64,000 bases of DNA from Tunicatimonas sp. (GTDB taxonomy: Bacteria > Bacteroidota > Bacteroidia > Cytophagales > Cyclobacteriaceae). Both the position numbers and the translations under genes were made by a program. Below the pieces are notes generated by a model. It saw nothing but the letters and a program-made list of their open reading frames with translations, did not search any database and was not told the DNA's origin. The stretch covers positions 43,095 to 107,094 of the forward strand of contig JBASAY010000211.1 in the NCBI GenBank assembly GCA_049650865.1, written 5' to 3'. Each line of letters opens with the position of its first letter. The first letter of the stretch is position 1. Positions 18,552 to 27,390 of this stretch are shown piece by piece.

Positions 18552-19301
18552 ATGCGAATGATGAGAGACTGGATCTGGACGCTCGCGATTTCGTGTTTAC
18601 TTTCTGGTTGCCAGAGCTGCTCGCGCTCGGCCCAAAAAGCCCAGGAGCATCATCGGCCCACGGTAAACAAGACCCTTTCTGAAAAGGTGTTAGTAGACGC
18701 CCCAACCCCTTCTATCCCCCTTAATGATGTAGTGCCGGTACGAGAAGAATCGCTGGCCGAAATTATCGCCCGGGCGGAACCCTGCGTTTTCGTGGTGCAC
18801 ACCTATAACCGCAAGGGCAAACGTATTGGCCAGGGAACGGGGTTCTTTATTGAGGATTCGGGCGTTGGGGTGAGCAACTATCACGTATTCGAGAAAGGAA
18901 GACGCTGGCAGATTCGCACGACCGATGGGCAAACGCACGCGGTAAAGCGGATCATGTACCAGAGCAAGAAGTTCGACTACGTGGTGTTCCAGGTAGACAC
19001 CCGGCAGCGCATGCCCTACCTTTCTTTGGGCGACATGGCACCCATGAAGGGAGAAGATATTGTAGTGCTAGGCAACCCCCGGGGGTTGGAAAGTACCGCC
19101 TCCCGCGGAATCGTTTCGTCTATTCGCGACTACCGGGGGCAAGAAAGCGCAATCATTCAGGTGGATGCCGCTATCTCGCCAGGGAGCAGTGGCAGCCCGG
19201 TGATGAACCGGCAAGGGGAAGTGGTTGGCATTGCTACTATGAAGGTGAACGGCTGCGAAAGCTGCAATTACGCATTCAACATTAATCTGCTCAACCACTA
19301 A
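18552..19301 (+). CDS. Trypsin-like (S1/HtrA-like, no PDZ) serine protease lipoprotein
   Basis: 249 aa. Lipobox LLSGC. Putative triad contexts: His in VSNYHVF (nt 18882-18884), Asp in FDYVVFQVD, Ser in ISPGSSGSPVMN (nt 19173-19208). Confidence 0.85.
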   Translation: MRMMRDWIWTLAISCLLSGCQSCSRSAQKAQEHHRPTVNKTLSEKVLVDAPTPSIPLNDVVPVREESLAEIIARAEPCVFVVHTYNRKGKRIGQGTGFFIEDSGVGVSNYHVFEKGRRWQIRTTDGQTHAVKRIMYQSKKFDYVVFQVDTRQRMPYLSLGDMAPMKGEDIVVLGNPRGLESTASRGIVSSIRDYRGQESAIIQVDAAISPGSSGSPVMNRQGEVVGIATMKVNGCESCNYAFNINLLNH

Positions 19302-19341
19302 CTGCGCTGCCCCCCGTAGCTACCTTACGTCTCCCCCTGCT

Positions 19342-19917
19342 ATGATTCTACTCAGGACAATCAGTATTGTCTTATGCTACATTGGCTTCAGTTTTCCTAG
19401 TACGGCCCAATCGTTCCGGGCTCACGCGGTACTGGGACTCAATGCCGCCCAGATCGACGGCGACGGGTTATGGGGTTATAATCAAGCAGGAATTCTGGGG
19501 GGCGTAAAGGTTGCTCTTCCTTTGTCCGATGCCATTTCGGCCCAAGCGGGGATGCTCTACAGCGCTAAGGGGAGCCGCTTTAGTGAGTTTGAGCCATTCT
19601 CTATCTGGCGACTTACCTACCTAGAGCTTCCGGTAGAGGTACAGGGGCGTTTGGTAAATAAGGTGTATCTATTCGGCGGATTGTCTCCAAACTACCTTAT
19701 TAAGGCCCAGCAGGAAAATGCCTCCGGTTTCACCGCCGATCGTTCTAGCTACCGATCCTTTGATTTGTGCTTCACCGCCGGGATTCTCTACCGGTTTGCC
19801 GACAATGCAGGCGTGCAGGCCCGGGTGAGCGATGGATTACGGAGCAGCAACAATTTTCAGTACCTACGTAATAGGGTGCTTAGCTTCGCGTTGGTGTACT
19901 ATTTCTCAGACGAATAG
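19342..19917 (+). CDS. Small outer-membrane beta-barrel protein (porin-family-like)
   Basis: 191 aa. Signal peptide ending STAQS. Alternating hydrophobic beta-strand pattern and aromatic-rich C-terminal strand LSFALVYYF. Confidence 0.7.
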   Translation: MILLRTISIVLCYIGFSFPSTAQSFRAHAVLGLNAAQIDGDGLWGYNQAGILGGVKVALPLSDAISAQAGMLYSAKGSRFSEFEPFSIWRLTYLELPVEVQGRLVNKVYLFGGLSPNYLIKAQQENASGFTADRSSYRSFDLCFTAGILYRFADNAGVQARVSDGLRSSNNFQYLRNRVLSFALVYYFSDE

Positions 19918-20001
19918 CACTTTTTTTTGCTCAATGAGCGTAAACAGCAAGCAGGATGTAAGAATTATGCCATTTAATTATACTTTCATATAATTTATTT
20001 G

Positions 20002-20009
20002 TACTTTTG
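20002..20009 (+). promoter_or_regulatory. Candidate Bacteroidota -7 promoter box (TAnnTTTG)
   Basis: TACTTTTG lies 26 nt upstream of the ATG at 20035, in an AT-rich 117-nt gap. The -33 element is unclear. Confidence 0.35.
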
Positions 20010-20034
20010 AAGAGTAATACTTCATAAAGTACTC

Positions 20035-22269
20035 ATGAAAGATATAATAGTTTATTCAATCAACAGGCAAACTCGCAGCTTAGCGAGTTGCCAAAAGGGC
20101 GCCCATCGGTCTATTCGGCACCTATTGTTAACCCTTTTGTGTTTGGCGGGACTGGTCAAGCAGACCCAGGCGCAAACCGACACCATCCACTGGATGCCCC
20201 CGGTGTGGGAGAACCGAGGGGCCACTACCCGGGTGCTTCCGGTGCAGATGCAGATTACCACAGAATTTGCGTCTGCCCAAGTTAATGTCACCCTCTCTGA
20301 TGGGACTCCTATTGCTTCTCAAACCATTATGGCCGGTCAGCCCTGGATATTTCCGCTCAGTACTGTGCAGGGAATGACCTTTGAGGCTAACGTAGCTGAG
20401 AAGGACAAAGGGATTCTAATCCACTCAGACGTACCCGTGCGGGTCTACTGCCAGGGCGTGTCCCGGGCAAACCAGTACTTTGTTACCCTAAAGGGAAGGC
20501 ACGCGTTGGGAACTGAGTTTTACGCGGGTTCACAAACCCTTATTCGCGACGGTGCGTGGCCGGGTACTGACTTCGGTCACTACGACCTGCACTTCGTTTC
20601 GGTGATGGCTACCGAAGACGACACGAAGGTTACCATCACTCCCCCTAATGGAATCGTACTGTTCGGAGGAAACCAGCCCGTGGAAGTTATCCTCAACAAG
20701 CACGAAACCTATTTGGTCCGCAACACCTCATCAAAAGGGCCTAACTCTGATAACGTGGCGAACAACTTGACGGGCTCGCACATCGAGGCCAGTAAACCCG
20801 TAGCGGTGCTGTCGGGAGGGCAGCACCAGAAGCTAATAGATTCGAAGGATGCCGACGCGGGCGTCGACCAGTTGGTTCCCCTGCGGGGCAACGGCTTCTA
20901 CTCTATCGGCCGCCAGTACGTGGTTATCAAAGGGTCAACCGAGAATATTAGTGCGGTAAACCCCGACTACGCTACCATTATTGGCACGCAAGACCAAACG
21001 GACATCTACGTAGACGGTGACCCGACTCCGGTGGCTACCATCGGCGCCGGAGAGTATTATAACTACGTGCTACCCGGACAAGCGAGCGATATTGGTACCC
21101 CCCACTACATTGAAACCAGTAAGGAAGCGTATCTGTACCATTTCTCAGGCATCCGCCGCCAGGAACTCGGTATGGTGCTCGTACCATCGATTGAGTGCAC
21201 CGGCAACCGCTACATCGAGTACACCAAGCTAGGCGATACCGCCTACCACAACGTGGTGCATATCACGGCTCCCATCAAAGCCTTTGAAACTTCTACCAGC
21301 CTTACCATCAACGGGCTGCCCTACACCAACTTCGACGCAACAGTTAGTCCGGTACCGGGCCGCAACGATTGGGCAACCATCAGCTTCGGTGAGGCAAAGT
21401 CGCTAAGTAACCACGCGCCCCTGCCCGAAAACATCGTAGTAGAATCGAACGTATCGTTTCACCTGTCAATCATCGCGGGCAACCGGTATGGTGCTTCCTA
21501 CGGATACTTGGCCGGATTCACCGCATCGCTAGAGGTGCTAGACCCCCGCGACCTGCTGCCTACCGATATGTACGTAGTGGATACGGTGATGCAGGGTGCC
21601 ACGCACGAGCACTGCCTGGAACTGGCAAGTTGCGACGAAGAATCAAAGATTGTGGGCGTAGCCCCAGGAAGCCACACCAAAGAGGCGGAACAACTCACCG
21701 CCCGCTGTCTCACCTATACCGCATCAAGCGACTACGTGGGTGGCGACACGCTGCTAGTAACGGTAAACAACCGCGCGGGTATTCCCCGCCAAGTTCGGCT
21801 TATCTATCAAGTAGAGGCCCTACCGAAACAGGATAGCGTAGTGGTAGAAGATTCGGTAGTTACCACGCCTCCGATGGTAGTGGAAGCCCCCACCCCGCCG
21901 GATACGACAATGGTGAGTGAAGAAGGTCAGGAAGAGGAAGAAGTAGAAGAACAAGAGCAAGAAACTGAGTGTGACCAGGAACTGGCGATTTCAGAGGGTT
22001 TCTCACCGAACGGCGACGGTAATAACGAAACGTGGTACATCCGCGGCATTACCTGCTACCCCAACAACGAGGTAACGGTTTACAATCGCTGGGGAAGCTT
22101 GGTGTACCAGACCGCCGCCTACGACAACGTGACCCGGCGGTGGAACGGCCGAACCCAGGGCGGAGCGCTAGCAAGCAACCGCGGCCTCCCCTTCGGCACC
22201 TACTACTTCATCGTGAACCTGGGCGACGGTAGTCCGCTTCGCAAGGGCTACGTAGTGGTCCACCCGTAA
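20035..22269 (+). CDS. Secreted T9SS cargo protein with a type-B (gliding motility-associated) C-terminal sorting domain
   Basis: 744 aa with a signal peptide. The last ~90 aa (GFSPNGDGNNETWYIRGI...VYNRWGSLVYQ...WNG...LPFGTYYFIV) fit the type-B CTD pattern. Acidic linker EEGQEEEEVEEQEQE. The N-terminal ~500 aa possibly resembles an IgGFc-binding-like beta domain (unverified). Confidence 0.85.
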   Translation: MKDIIVYSINRQTRSLASCQKGAHRSIRHLLLTLLCLAGLVKQTQAQTDTIHWMPPVWENRGATTRVLPVQMQITTEFASAQVNVTLSDGTPIASQTIMAGQPWIFPLSTVQGMTFEANVAEKDKGILIHSDVPVRVYCQGVSRANQYFVTLKGRHALGTEFYAGSQTLIRDGAWPGTDFGHYDLHFVSVMATEDDTKVTITPPNGIVLFGGNQPVEVILNKHETYLVRNTSSKGPNSDNVANNLTGSHIEASKPVAVLSGGQHQKLIDSKDADAGVDQLVPLRGNGFYSIGRQYVVIKGSTENISAVNPDYATIIGTQDQTDIYVDGDPTPVATIGAGEYYNYVLPGQASDIGTPHYIETSKEAYLYHFSGIRRQELGMVLVPSIECTGNRYIEYTKLGDTAYHNVVHITAPIKAFETSTSLTINGLPYTNFDATVSPVPGRNDWATISFGEAKSLSNHAPLPENIVVESNVSFHLSIIAGNRYGASYGYLAGFTASLEVLDPRDLLPTDMYVVDTVMQGATHEHCLELASCDEESKIVGVAPGSHTKEAEQLTARCLTYTASSDYVGGDTLLVTVNNRAGIPRQVRLIYQVEALPKQDSVVVEDSVVTTPPMVVEAPTPPDTTMVSEEGQEEEEVEEQEQETECDQELAISEGFSPNGDGNNETWYIRGITCYPNNEVTVYNRWGSLVYQTAAYDNVTRRWNGRTQGGALASNRGLPFGTYYFIVNLGDGSPLRKGYVVVHP

Positions 22270-22300
22270 TCAAACTTCTCAGCATTAAGAAAAGCAAGCT

Positions 22301-23257
22301 ATGTATAAATTCTATATCCATTCACTTATTCATCGGCGGTTCGTCAGCATGCTACTCGTGGCTGCGCTGACTACCACCGCTGCCTACGCGCAGCAGCAGG
22401 CGATGTTTACCCAGTATATGTTTAACGGATTGGCCCTGAATCCCGCCTACGCAGGTAGTCACGAAGCAATCAGCCTTACGGCGCTGGGCCGCGAACAGTG
22501 GAGCGGCCTGCCGGGCAGCCCTAGCACCCAGACGTTTGCCGCCCACGCCCCCCTCCGCTTTAGCAGAGCTTCGGTAGGGCTGTTGCTCTCGCGCGATGAC
22601 CAGGACGTATCGCGGCAGCACGGCGTGTTTGCTTCCTACGCCTACCGCATTCCGGTGGCGAAGGGGCAGCTAGCCCTGGGGTTGCAGGGAGGATTTACCC
22701 AGGCCCGCACTGCCCTGACCTCACTGCAGATCGTGACTCCGGGAGATGCTCCGGACCCCACTTTCGGTCAGGACCTCAATACTGGTCTGTTGCCTAACAT
22801 AGGAGCAGGATTATACTATCATACTGAACGCTTCTATCTAGGCTTGTCGGTTCCCCAACTGATTGACCACCAGCTAGAGCAGGAGGGAGCGCTCACCGAG
22901 CAAGCACAATTGGTAAGGCACTACTTCCTAACCGGCGGCTACGTTTTTGATCTAAATCCATCTCTGAAGTTTAAGCCCAACTTTCTGATAAAATCTGTGC
23001 CGGGCGCTCCGGTAGAGGCAGATTTTAACGCCAACCTGCTGATTCGTGAAACCCTGTGGGTAGGGCTTGGCTACCGCTCGTTCGACGCGCTTAACGCACT
23101 GGTGCAGTTGCAGATCAGTCCGGCCCTGGCGGTGGGTTACGCCTACGACTATACGGTGAGCGGACTACGCGAAGTGCAGTCAGGCTCTCACGAGCTAATG
23201 CTTAACTACACCATCAGACTGTCTAAAGAATCTGTTTTGTCACCCCGATACTTTTAA
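22301..23257 (+). CDS. PorP/SprF-family type IX secretion system membrane protein
   Basis: 318 aa. Signal peptide, then the hallmark QQQAMFTQYMFNGLALNPAYAG. Confidence 0.9.
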   Translation: MYKFYIHSLIHRRFVSMLLVAALTTTAAYAQQQAMFTQYMFNGLALNPAYAGSHEAISLTALGREQWSGLPGSPSTQTFAAHAPLRFSRASVGLLLSRDDQDVSRQHGVFASYAYRIPVAKGQLALGLQGGFTQARTALTSLQIVTPGDAPDPTFGQDLNTGLLPNIGAGLYYHTERFYLGLSVPQLIDHQLEQEGALTEQAQLVRHYFLTGGYVFDLNPSLKFKPNFLIKSVPGAPVEADFNANLLIRETLWVGLGYRSFDALNALVQLQISPALAVGYAYDYTVSGLREVQSGSHELMLNYTIRLSKESVLSPRYF

Positions 23258-23258
23258 T

Positions 23259-25448
23259 ATGATGAAGTACAGCTATATATTACTCCTCTCACTACTGTGG
23301 ACAGTAGCCCCGGCGGAGGCCAGCGAATCGGCTAGTTCGAAGCTGCCCCGCAAAGAGCAACGCGCCGATGACTTGTTCCAACGACAATCGTTTCAGTCGG
23401 CGGCGACTCTCTACGAATCTTTGCTTGCCCGGGATGAAAGCAACGTGCGGGTCCATCTGAAGGCGGCCGAAAGCTACTACGCGCTCAACGATCCTCAGCG
23501 CGCGGCTGAGCACTACGGCTACGCTTCGTGGACTGTCGATGCCCAGCACGTTTTGGCGCACCACCGTTGGCACTACGCCCAAACCCTGGTGCGTACGGGG
23601 CAACTGGCCCAGGCCGAGCAGATGCTGACGACCTACCTGGCAGAAGTGCCCGACCACCAGGCGGCGCAAAACCTGCTGGTTGGACTGCAGCAGCGGGCAG
23701 ACTTCTACGCTGATTCGGCGCAGTATACGTTAGAAGCGCTAAACAGCAACAGCTCCGAAGCTGATTTCAGCCCCGCATTCTACCAAGACGGACTTGTGTT
23801 TGCCTCGAGCCGACAAGAAAAAGGCTACCAGAAGACGTACCACCGTGATTTGGGAGCGTATTTGCACCTATTCTACACTCCGCTGGCGAACCAGCAATCC
23901 GCTGATACAGCGCAGCGCCTGTTCGGTAAGCGCTTTGTGTCGTTGCACCAGGGACCTGCCGTGTTCTTTGCTAACGATAGCAAGATGCTGCTAACCACCA
24001 ATAATCCCTCGTTTAAGAAAGACCGTGGTCAGCCCGTGTCGTTCAATCGCCTTCAGCTACTGTACGCTGAGAAGACCAAAGAAGGTACGTGGACTGAGCC
24101 CGTTACCCTCCCGTTTAATAGTACGGAGCATTCAGTAGGGCACCCGGCCGTTACGGCCGACGGGGCGCAACTGTACTTTTGCTCAGACCGTCCGGGCGGC
24201 TTCGGCGGAACCGATCTGTACGTGAGCCGGTACGAAAACGGAACGTGGAGCGAACCGATTAATCTGGGCGAACGGGTAAATACCGATGGTGATGAGATGT
24301 TCCCCTTCGTACACAATGATCAAACCTTGTACTTTGCCTCTACCGGCCACCCTGGTTTAGGCGGATTGGATGTGTTTAAAATAGACTTGTCTTTGAGTGA
24401 TACCTCGGCAATACATAACTTAGGATATCCGATCAATACGTCGGAAGATGACTTTGGAATGATCTTACGGGCCGACGGAAAATCAGGTTACGTGTCGTCG
24501 CACCGGGCTGGGCATGACAATATATATCAGTTTAACGCCCCTTCGGAAGTGCCTAAGGGCATTCCCCTGGTTGTAGAAGTAATCGATGGGCTTACCAACC
24601 AACCTATCCCTGACGTTCGCTTGTTCTTAAAGCGACTAGTTATGAACAGCCTGTTAGAGAGTGCCACTGATTCGCTGGGCCGGATTTACTTAACCGCCGC
24701 CGAGAATGCGATATACGATCTGTCGGGCGAACTGAACGGGCGATACTGGAACCACCCGCCGATCAATACCCAGGGAATGAAAAGGGATGAAGAAAACGTC
24801 GTAAAAATCTATCTATTCAATGAGGTAACCGACTTCGACGCGATGGATGTAGTTATCTTTGATCGCTACCACGACGACGGAGACGTGCTGGTGAGCATGA
24901 ACCAGCGGCTTTTCCGCTGGAGCGAAGAGAACGGACAGTGCTACTTATCAAGCGAAAACCGCAAAATTCTACTGAGTAGAACAAGCCAAGATCGCACTGA
25001 GCCAGTAGGATTACTAGAAAAGGTAGAGCAGGTATTTGAAGAGGGCGGAATTGCGCTGCGATCTATCACCACCATCGAGAACGTGTTCTTCAACTTTGAC
25101 CGCAGCGCACTACGAGCCGACGCGCAAAAAACCTTGGAGAAGCTCGTTTCGGTGATAGAGCGTTACCCCCTACTACGGGTGAACCTAAGCGGCCACACCG
25201 ACAGCCGAGGAACCGATGGGTACAATGATCAACTGTCGGAACGCCGTTCAAAGTCGGTGGTAAATTACCTGCTAGAGCAGGGTATCGCCCCAGAACGGTT
25301 GCAAGAGAGCCACTGGGGTGAGCAGCGGTTGGTGAACCACTGTTCGGACGGGGTGCGGTGCACCGCCGAGCAGCACCAGAGCAACCGGCGGGTGGCATTC
25401 GGAATCCAGGATTTCCTGGCCCCACCGGAGTTGGTAGCGGCCGACTGA
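23259..25448 (+). CDS. OmpA-family protein with TPR-like and TolB/PD40-like regions
   Basis: 729 aa. C-terminal OmpA-like peptidoglycan-binding domain (NVFFNFDRSALR...LSGHTDSRGTDGYNDQLSERRSKSVVNYL). PD40-like segments (SPAFYQDGLVFASSR, LYFCSDRPGGFGGTDLYVS). Confidence 0.9.
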   Translation: MMKYSYILLLSLLWTVAPAEASESASSKLPRKEQRADDLFQRQSFQSAATLYESLLARDESNVRVHLKAAESYYALNDPQRAAEHYGYASWTVDAQHVLAHHRWHYAQTLVRTGQLAQAEQMLTTYLAEVPDHQAAQNLLVGLQQRADFYADSAQYTLEALNSNSSEADFSPAFYQDGLVFASSRQEKGYQKTYHRDLGAYLHLFYTPLANQQSADTAQRLFGKRFVSLHQGPAVFFANDSKMLLTTNNPSFKKDRGQPVSFNRLQLLYAEKTKEGTWTEPVTLPFNSTEHSVGHPAVTADGAQLYFCSDRPGGFGGTDLYVSRYENGTWSEPINLGERVNTDGDEMFPFVHNDQTLYFASTGHPGLGGLDVFKIDLSLSDTSAIHNLGYPINTSEDDFGMILRADGKSGYVSSHRAGHDNIYQFNAPSEVPKGIPLVVEVIDGLTNQPIPDVRLFLKRLVMNSLLESATDSLGRIYLTAAENAIYDLSGELNGRYWNHPPINTQGMKRDEENVVKIYLFNEVTDFDAMDVVIFDRYHDDGDVLVSMNQRLFRWSEENGQCYLSSENRKILLSRTSQDRTEPVGLLEKVEQVFEEGGIALRSITTIENVFFNFDRSALRADAQKTLEKLVSVIERYPLLRVNLSGHTDSRGTDGYNDQLSERRSKSVVNYLLEQGIAPERLQESHWGEQRLVNHCSDGVRCTAEQHQSNRRVAFGIQDFLAPPELVAAD

Positions 25449-25487
25449 TCTAAGTAACCCCATCAGGGTGTCGCCCTGGGAGAAGCG

Positions 25488-27293
25488 CTATTCTTCCAGG
25501 GCGATGCCCATTTTTGCCATCAGCTTGCTGGCGTTGAAACTCTGGCATACCCCCTCGCGCAACTGATAATCAAAATGAATTTCATCCTGCTCGATGGTAC
25601 TCGTGAAGCTGTAGTTCTTCACTTTGAGTAGGGACTCTTCCAGCTTTCCCAGTTCAAGGTCGTGCGTAGATACAAAGCCGGTGGCTTCCAACTGACTGAG
25701 TTGCTTAATGAGCGAGGCGGCCCCGTGATGCCGGTCTTGTGAGTTGGTTCCCTTAAGAATCTCGTCAAGCATAAACAGCACCGGCACTTCCGGGGCTTGC
25801 AGTAGATCGAGCAGCTGCCGCAGTCGGCGCAGTTCGGCGTAGAACGACGACACATTCTCCTCAAGCGAGTCTTGGGTGCGCATGCTGGTAAACACCTGTA
25901 AAACGGATACTTCAAACCGCTCGGCGCATACCGGGGCTCCCGCCAGCGCTAGCACCACATTTACCCCTACGGTTCGCAAAAAAGTGCTCTTTCCCGACAT
26001 ATTTGAGCCGGTGATGATTGTGATTGTTCCCCGGTCTTGCATCACAAAATCGTTGGCTACGCGTTGTGCGGAGGGAATCAGGCAGTGGCCCAAGCCTTGG
26101 GCACTCAGCCGAAACCGCTGGTCGGAGATGGTAGGAAAAGCAAAGGTTGGATGCGCAAATGCGAAGCTGGCGATGCTGCTCAGCGCCTCAACCTGGCTCA
26201 TCCCGGCAAACCACTGGGCAACGTCTCCCTGCACCCGCTGCTTCCAGCGGTCGGCCTGTAGTAACCAAGACACATCGAGCAGCAGTACCACATTGAAAAT
26301 ATGGTAGAATAGATTAGCCCGCGCGTCAAAGTTCTCCAGAATGTACCGCAAGCGGCTAATTTGACGAGACGCGGGTACCCCCTGGTGGTACAGTTCTTCC
26401 CGGATGCGTTGCAGCAGCGGAGAGGTAAACGACTGCCCTTCTACGCTGACAAACATATGCTGATAGGCCCGCAGTACGGCGACACTCTGCGCGGTTTTCC
26501 GGTGCGTTACCAACGCTACTTCGGCGGTTGTCCACAAAATGATACCGTTGATCGCCAGCAGTCCAATAACGACATAGCCCGGTAGGGCGGTGGTAAAGTA
26601 GAGAATAATGGCCAGCGTAGCGAGCAGTGCCAATCCGTAACACAGCCCTTGGTAGAGTTTGGGCCGCTTCAGCGCGGGGGGCTCATTCATCCACGTGAGT
26701 AGCGTAGCAAGATTTTCGTCCGAAGCCACGTACTGAAGACCGTAGGCCTGGAAAGTCTGGCGCCAGTCGGTGCGTTGCTCCATTTCCTGCACGGCTTCCT
26801 GCCGCTCCAGGAGGGTTGCCTTGGGGGAGGGCGCGAGCAGCCATCGGGCAAGCATTGCCTTTCCGGCTTGGGTAGCACTTCGGTTAATGAGTTGAAACAA
26901 AGAATGATCTCCGAAAATATCAAGGTCTCCGCTGTAGGAGTGCTGGGAGGTCTGGAAAGCTTTTCCCGCGTCAAAGCCGTCGAACCGCAGGGCTAAGCGC
27001 TGCAACTCGTGCTCATTCACTAGCTTAAGGGTTAGCTGTTGATCTCGCCGCTGCCGCAGGCGGTTGTGGTACCGGATGAGCGCGGGGAAACCCACCGCGA
27101 ATACCAAGAAGAGAATAAGAAAACCGTCATCGTTGCGGGCGTTGGCGAGGTACACCAGCCCTACCAGGGCAAACACAAAGACCAGCGTACGAACAACGGA
27201 TAGGTAGTTGAAGCGTTGAGCGGCACGGCTGGCTTGGCGCTGGTAGTGGGCGGCCTTTTGGGTAAATACCGCACTAGGTTGTGAAGGGGACAT
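25488..27293 (-). CDS. Membrane-anchored MutS-family (domain V) ATPase
   Basis: 601 aa. Walker A GSNMSGKST. Walker B/MutS signature FMLDEILKGTN, and STHDLEL. Hydrophobic helices near the N-terminus and mid-protein. I could not recognise a mismatch-binding or Smr domain. Confidence 0.85.
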   Translation of the reverse strand: MSPSQPSAVFTQKAAHYQRQASRAAQRFNYLSVVRTLVFVFALVGLVYLANARNDDGFLILFLVFAVGFPALIRYHNRLRQRRDQQLTLKLVNEHELQRLALRFDGFDAGKAFQTSQHSYSGDLDIFGDHSLFQLINRSATQAGKAMLARWLLAPSPKATLLERQEAVQEMEQRTDWRQTFQAYGLQYVASDENLATLLTWMNEPPALKRPKLYQGLCYGLALLATLAIILYFTTALPGYVVIGLLAINGIILWTTAEVALVTHRKTAQSVAVLRAYQHMFVSVEGQSFTSPLLQRIREELYHQGVPASRQISRLRYILENFDARANLFYHIFNVVLLLDVSWLLQADRWKQRVQGDVAQWFAGMSQVEALSSIASFAFAHPTFAFPTISDQRFRLSAQGLGHCLIPSAQRVANDFVMQDRGTITIITGSNMSGKSTFLRTVGVNVVLALAGAPVCAERFEVSVLQVFTSMRTQDSLEENVSSFYAELRRLRQLLDLLQAPEVPVLFMLDEILKGTNSQDRHHGAASLIKQLSQLEATGFVSTHDLELGKLEESLLKVKNYSFTSTIEQDEIHFDYQLREGVCQSFNASKLMAKMGIALEE

Positions 27294-27390
27294 AAGATGG
27301 GGATAAATCTGCTTCAGGAATACGAAACTATGCGCTGGGCGGCACCAACTGGCTAGGCAAGATATAAAACGTTAGCCGCGCCGGGCTAAT

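Noticed and set aside
27294-27390. A possible lysine riboswitch upstream of lysA, and possible leader or riboswitch elements upstream of thrA (33733-33852) and cysC (43811-43900).
   Set aside because: The spacers are only ~90-120 nt, and I could not see conserved riboswitch core sequences or a leader peptide rich in the relevant codons.
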